Assembly (NCBI GenBank): GCA_011109175.1
Contig: RDEW01000026.1
Span: 389,695 to 453,694 of the forward strand
Direction: 5' to 3'
Source: Dicyema japonicum
Lineage: Eukaryota > Animalia > Dicyemida
DNA length: 64,000 nucleotides
The position numbers were made by a program, and so were the translations under genes. Under the pieces are notes generated by a model, which was not told where the DNA came from, ran no database searches, and saw nothing but the letters and a program-made list of their open reading frames with translations. This document shows, in pieces, positions 58,470 through 64,000 of the stretch. Every line of letters begins with the position of its first letter. Position 1 is the first letter of the stretch.

Positions 58470-61190
58470 CCATTAATTATTATAAAAAAACACTTTCACA
58501 GAACCAAAGAACGTTACATTAACTAAGGTCCCATTTGTGCCACATGTTTCACAATCTGCCTCACTAGGCCCTCTGCTTTGCGCATCTGTCCTTAGATCTT
58601 CTAGGTCATTTGCAGATTTAAGATTTCTTCTAATCCCATTAAGATCCTTGTTCAGAGCCACGGGTAGAGTGACTCTGGGTCTTCCTCTGAATGATGGTTT
58701 GATCTCATTGTTGAAGTAATTGTCCATTATTATATTTCAGAAGCGTTTATGTCCATTCTGAGCACGTGCCGAACAGTCTCCACTTTGATTTAATAATGTG
58801 CTTATTGGCCTCGATTGTGCCACAAAGTATAATTTCTTATTTGAAATCTTCTTGGGCCAACCTAGGCCCATTAAATTTCGTAATTGTTTGCGATGAAATA
58901 TATCCATTTTCTTGAGCTCTAGCTCTGTGACCCCCCATGTACTCGAGTTGTACATAAACACCGGTTTTATATATGCGTTGTATATCTTATTCTTAGATTT
59001 GTTTTTATTAGCTTTCGTTGACTCCATATCTTCTGCATTTTCTTATACATGGCAGTGGCTAGAACTCTTCTATACATCATGTCTTCACTATTACCAAGTA
59101 AGGATCACAATTTCCTTTTTTGCCTCCAATTTTCATCAATATATTTTGATTCCCTTGTGATTCTTATGTGTTCAGTCTTTTCCTGATTAACTCGCAGAGA
59201 CCATTTCTTAAATTCTCCATGGATTTTCTCTAAAGCAAGTCCAAGTTCCAGATCATTTTCTTAAATTCTCCATGGATATCTCTAAAGCAAGTCCAAGTTC
59301 CAGATCATTTTCTTAAATTCTCCAGGGATATCTCTAAAGCAAGTCCAAGTTCCAGATCATTTTCTGACACAAAATCTATGTCATCTGCATATATAATCTT
59401 TATCGGCATGCATCCTTCACATTTTGTTATAAGAGCTATCAATACGCTTCCAGGTATACGACGAATAGAACCGGAGATAGAGACTCTCCCTGAGGTACTC
59501 CAACTGTTGTCCCGAAAAGCTTCGATGTTGTGTTCCCAACTCGTACAGTTAATTCAGTGATAATAGGAAACAGACAAGTCTTGTGTTATTCTCATCAAGA
59601 AAACTCCAGCAACGTCCAACAATGTTTTTCTGTTGACAGTGTCAAACGCACTGGACATGTCCACTCCCAAAATCTTAAAATCACTTCTGTATCGTTGACA
59701 CAAAGCACATATCCATCTGTGAGACCAAACAGCATCTGCGGTCGAGTGTCCCTTTCTGAACCCACTCTGTCCCGGCGACAAAAATTCATAAACATCAGAA
59801 GATATCCGACTAAGAGTTATCAGGGATAGTATCTTCATCAATGATCCCAGTAATATCACAGGTCTTAGATTTTTTATCGGTCCCTTGTTATTTTCTAGTT
59901 TATGCAGAGGAATCAAAATTCCATCATCAAGTTTCAAGGAGGAATGCGTCTCAAATACCTTATTGAAAATCTTTGTAATGAGGGTTGTCAGTTCGCCTGG
60001 TGCATACTTGATCATTTTCGATGTATGTTGTCTGGTCCTGCTGCCCTGTTGTTGTTTAATGATTGCCAGGTTAGTTTCCTCTGTAGATATCAGTAGATTC
60101 AGGCTTCTTGGTGATTTCTCAAATGGCTCCACATATGAGGTTTCATTTTCATTCAAAAGTCCTGAAAAATATTCGGCAATAATCTCAGTTTTTTCATTAT
60201 TATCCAATACATTTCTTGACTGTCGTGAATACAAATATTAGTAGATTGAACTCCCCTCTGCAAAACGAACTGCTCGAAACATTTGTGTTACGTATCCCAA
60301 CTTCTCAATTTTACTGACACGTTCGTCAATTTTCTTGACATAAATTTCCTTCTTCCTCCTTCTAATCTTCTTGACAAAACGATTTCTTTCTCTTCTTAAC
60401 TCGTTGTAAGTATCATTATTTGTACACGATTCCATTCTCAGCCGCAATTTTTTTTTAATTGATAATGTGCCAATTTCGTGATCGAAGATCCCTTTAAATC
60501 CTGCCGGCCTTTTTTTCCCAAGCACGTCGAAACTTGCCTTCTTTATTCTATCAACAGTAGCATTCCAAATCATCTCTGGGGGATTTTCCATATTTATGTT
60601 CACAATCTCCTTCTTAATTGCCATACAATAATCTTCACCCGTCTTCTCACATAAGCATAATTTTTCCATAATAAAACGATCCAGATAAGCTCTCTTCTTT
60701 CTACCTCCATCTTTTCCGAAATATCTTTTCATTCTGAAACGTGCAACCAGCAGTGTTTGATCACTTAAGTGATGGTGCTCCATAGCTGCGGGAGTCTGTT
60801 AGTAAAGCACGAAGAGATCTTTTACACATAACATAATCAATCTGGTTGTATATCCGGACATAGTCACTATTTCCATTCTTTCTGAGTCCAGTCCACGTAG
60901 TCTTATGCCTCGCATTTATGTCGAATGCAGAATTACAAATGAAGTAGTCAAATATGTTACAAAATTGCACGAGCGATTTTCCTGACATATTCCTCCTCCC
61001 CTTGGCATATCTACCCATACAGGGTTCTCTCCATAAACAATGTCCCACTTTAGCATTCCAATCACCACACAAAAAGGTCATTAACGAGCCTTTGAGATCA
61101 GAGATGGTAAGCGTTAGTGACACATAAAAGATCAAGTTCATCGGGATTTGTAGAAACCTCGCCATTGTGGGCGCATAGACATTAATTAAT
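58470..61190 (-). mobile_element. RTE-clade LINE (APE + RT + C-terminus), frameshifted
   Basis: GDWNAKVG..NQIDYVM..SD (APE); QSGFRKGHSTADAVW..GVDMSSAFDTV; YADD; 3' motif tggttctgtgaaagtg. Confidence 0.9.
59202..59364. repeat. 52-bp tandem repeat x3 inside the RTE RT region
   Basis: Unit cattttcttaaattctccatggatatctctaaagcaagtccaagttccagat starts at 59202, 59254, 59306 (partial at 59358). Confidence 0.9.
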
Positions 61191-61258
61191 ATAAAAAATT
61201 ATCAGTCCTCCCACTCTTAATCTGGAGTACTGCTATTCTGTCATTAACTCTCCACATA

Positions 61259-61580
61259 GTGGCATAGTGTTAGGTGTCGGGCTTAAGTGGCTTAGGCTAC
61301 GGGTTTAAATCTCGCTGCTGTTCACTTGGTGGAAGGTTCCACGCATCAACGATGGAGAAAGGGTTTGACGAGTGACGCCGTCATCAGTGGATACTCACTG
61401 CGGAACTGGATTGTCTAGAATGGACACTCACACAAGAAAAGAAAAAAAGAAGTCATGATCATTCCTCGGTTTTACGATTAGTTAAAATTAACTGTTCTTT
61501 ATTTAGTCTTCTCCAAAGTGTGTGTCCTGCCTATGCGGAGCTAAAAATATTATGGCTCTCGTGAAAAGGCTTTAAAAAAA
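61259..61580 (+). mobile_element. tRNA-derived SINE, second copy of the 21580 family
   Basis: Collinear and highly similar to 21580-21874 in head, core and tail; no TSD seen. Confidence 0.85.
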
Positions 61581-61589
61581 GCTGAATTC

Positions 61590-63140
61590 TCCTCCTCTTT
61601 AGGCATTGGCCCTTTGTATCACCCTCACTGTTCCCTCGTATACCACTTGGGAAAGCGAATCACTAGACAAGACAGCTGTTTCTCCTGGTTCCTCTTCGTC
61701 GTCACCTCTGAGTTCAGAGCCTCTTGAGATAAGATGATTAGCCACTCTTGTAACTTCATTATAGTCATCAACTTTCAGCCCATGTCTATGTTTGATTATC
61801 ATGCTCTCTAAAGTTTTTTTAATCGTCATTGATTGGATGTACGCCCTTGTAGAGACATCCACGTTGAGTCTTTCCATATAGGACTTGTAGTACTTTGTTA
61901 CTAGTCCATCCCATGTCAAAACAATCGGAATTATTGTCACCTTGGCCTTGTGAATTTGTGCTAGTTCTCCTGCCAGAAGGTCGTATTTGTGGAGTTTTTC
62001 CACTTCAACATGTTTTAGCAAATCTTGGGAAGTGATCCCTACTTCTATTAGTATTATTTCGTTTTTGGATTTATCGTGTACGAAAATATCAGGTTTGTTA
62101 TTTTTAACTTTTATATCCGTTTGTAGTGTTGTATCGACTCGTATTTCAACTTTACTGTTTGACACAATCGATTGGACTGTATGCGTTTTTGCCCTCTTGG
62201 TTCTTTTTATTCCAAACGACGACATAGTTGTATACATCTCACAACTTTGTTATGTCGCCGCATATATGCATCGCTAAGCATCCTGGTACATCGTGTAGCC
62301 AGGTGATCCACACTCTTTTTGGCCATACCACAATGACTGCAATTTGCTTTCATCTTTTCAAAGAACTGAATCCGATCCTGTATCATGCAGTACATTGCTT
62401 CCGACCTTGGTTTCCCCCAGTAAGCCATTCTGTTGATCCATTGATATTTTCAAAACACTTAATTGAATGAAGCAATTTCTGATCAGTCTTCTCCAAATAA
62501 TTCCTCTTTTGATATTCCTTTATATTGTCAGTGTTCAAGTTAGATAGGTCACTACGCCGGATTTCTAAATTAATAGCTTCGAATTCACGTGGTTAAATGT
62601 AGATAAGCCCAATGTAATAATTATATAGCGAGAGTGCGTATTCATTTATCGCTTTAAACAAGTTTACAGCGTTTAACTTCGAATTCGCCAGCATCTCTAT
62701 CTTTTTCTTCACAATTTCAGCAATTTTTTCCATAACTTTGTCTATGTCGTCCATCATTTTTATAATAGTATCTTCATATTCTGCAATTATTTTCAGGTCG
62801 TCAATAAAAAGAAAATGGTTAGTCACATATGTCACAATAGACGGATCACTCTGATCAATGCATATCTTCGGGAATTTTATATTTATTATTCGGCTTAGTG
62901 GGTCCATTACCAGAGTAAACAGCTGAGGAGAGAGTGAGTCTCCTTGCAAGATTCCTTTAGTGAGTTTGATCTTTCCAATTCTTTTTTGTTGAGGTTCAAA
63001 ATAACATTCCACTTGCTTATTCAATTCTTGATAAACTTCACAGTCCATTCAGGAACTCCAGAGCGATCAAGAACCCGACATAAAAATACATGATTGACAG
63101 AATCGAAAGCCTTCTTCACATCGATCCACGTTGTGAATAA
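61590..63140 (-). mobile_element. R4/Dong-like non-LTR retrotransposon (RT, CCHC, RLE), internally deleted
   Basis: WIDVKKAFDSV, GILQGDSLSPQLF, FLFIDDLK, CSHCGMAKKSVDHLATRC..RRHNKVV, KPDIFVHDK..IEVGITSQD..EKLHKYDLL. Confidence 0.9.
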
Positions 63141-63144
63141 ACTA

Positions 63145-64000
63145 CAGTAAACTCTCTTAAATATGCCAATTCTCAGATTTGCCATTTTTTTAAGAAATAT
63201 TCTAATTTTAGTGGAAATTTGCCATAATTTTTTTAAAGTTTTTTTTTTTAAATTACTGAAAATTATACACAATATAACTTTATTATAGTAGCATGCCCGT
63301 TGTGTTTCTAGTTGTCGATATAAAAGACTCACTAACGAACAAAAAGTGCAAATATTGCGTTATAAGGACGACAACAACTTATTATCTTTCCAAAGAATTG
63401 CCGACAATTTTTCCTTGTTGTTTAAAGTGAACATTTAACTCTATCTTAAAGAGTCTTGAGTCGATTTTGGAACAATTCAAAACTAAAAATTCCTTAACAA
63501 AAAAAGTCAAAAAGTTAGTTTCCGCATCTTGATGAAAAGCTTGTTGAGTGGATGGATTCGATGGAATCAAAAGATATTCTTAATGGTTATAAATTTTAAG
63601 GTGCATTGTTGAACGATGCATTAATATCCAGTAAAACAGAATTCTACGTTAAGCAGCTTTCTCTCCACTATTTCAAAAACTCTTTGGCTGAGAAAATTAC
63701 ATGGGCAAATGTGCACTGAGAAAAGTGTCGATATTAAAGGGTTTCTCAAAGAATTTCAAAAAGTTTCAAAATCATATACCTGCGAGCAGATTTATAGCCT
63801 GGATGAAACTGGGATTTATACAGGCTTATTCCATCCAAAACTATCTGCAAGACTCCGTTTTAAGGATACAAGAACTTCAAAGATAGAGTATCTGTGATGT
63901 TATGCAAAAATATGTCTGGAAATCATAAATTAAAGAAAAATCAAAAATGCCGAAGTGTTTCAAAAAATATGATTACCGGTGTTCTGTTTCGTATTACAGT
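63145..64000 (+). mobile_element. pogo/Tigger transposon inserted in the R4-like RT, runs off window end
   Basis: TA then CAGTAAACTCTC TIR at 63143-63156; peptides EKLVEWMDSMESK and IYSLDETGIYTGL. Confidence 0.85.

Noticed and set aside
59202-59364. CRISPR-like repeat array
   Set aside because: Contiguous 52-bp units without spacers, inside a eukaryotic RT gene.
1-64000. Prokaryotic, microsporidian or myxozoan origin of the window
   Set aside because: Spliced PACSIN, PDZ-GEF and an intact axonemal dynein subunit fit a ciliated animal; microsporidia and myxozoans lack motile cilia.

Overview
AT-rich eukaryotic (metazoan) scaffold segment, mostly decayed transposable elements, with five recognisable host genes: PACSIN/syndapin (-), eIF1A (-), ABHD11-like hydrolase (+), axonemal dynein light intermediate chain DNALI1/p28 (+) and a RAPGEF2/6-like PDZ-GEF (+). 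Almost every intron in these genes is 21-30 nt with only GT..AG conserved. Metazoan signalling genes, a ciliary gene, the standard code and such micro-introns point, by inference, to a dicyemid mesozoan. The TE content includes RTE-clade, CRE-clade, R4/Dong-like (RLE endonuclease) and jockey/I-like LINE fragments, pogo/Tigger and hAT DNA transposons, a MITE and a tRNA-headed SINE family, often nested. Decayed host-type genes include a tandem cluster of TIA-1-like RRM copies, a multi-domain C-type lectin split by two TE insertions, and orphan membrane-protein-like frames. The best leads are: (1) the single long intron (126 nt, PACSIN), which alone has a canonical GTAAGT donor and folds like a compact H/ACA snoRNA; (2) a SINE family with a conserved hammerhead-like structured core and a 3' motif shared with local RTE LINEs; (3) many stop-free 3n micro-introns. 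All translations and folds were done by eye. Gene ends and splice sites were counted base by base; TE boundaries are approximate unless TIR/TSD are quoted. Single 'n' joins and short two-copy duplications suggest assembly artefacts, so some frameshifts may not be real. No CRISPR array, rRNA or intact tRNA was seen.
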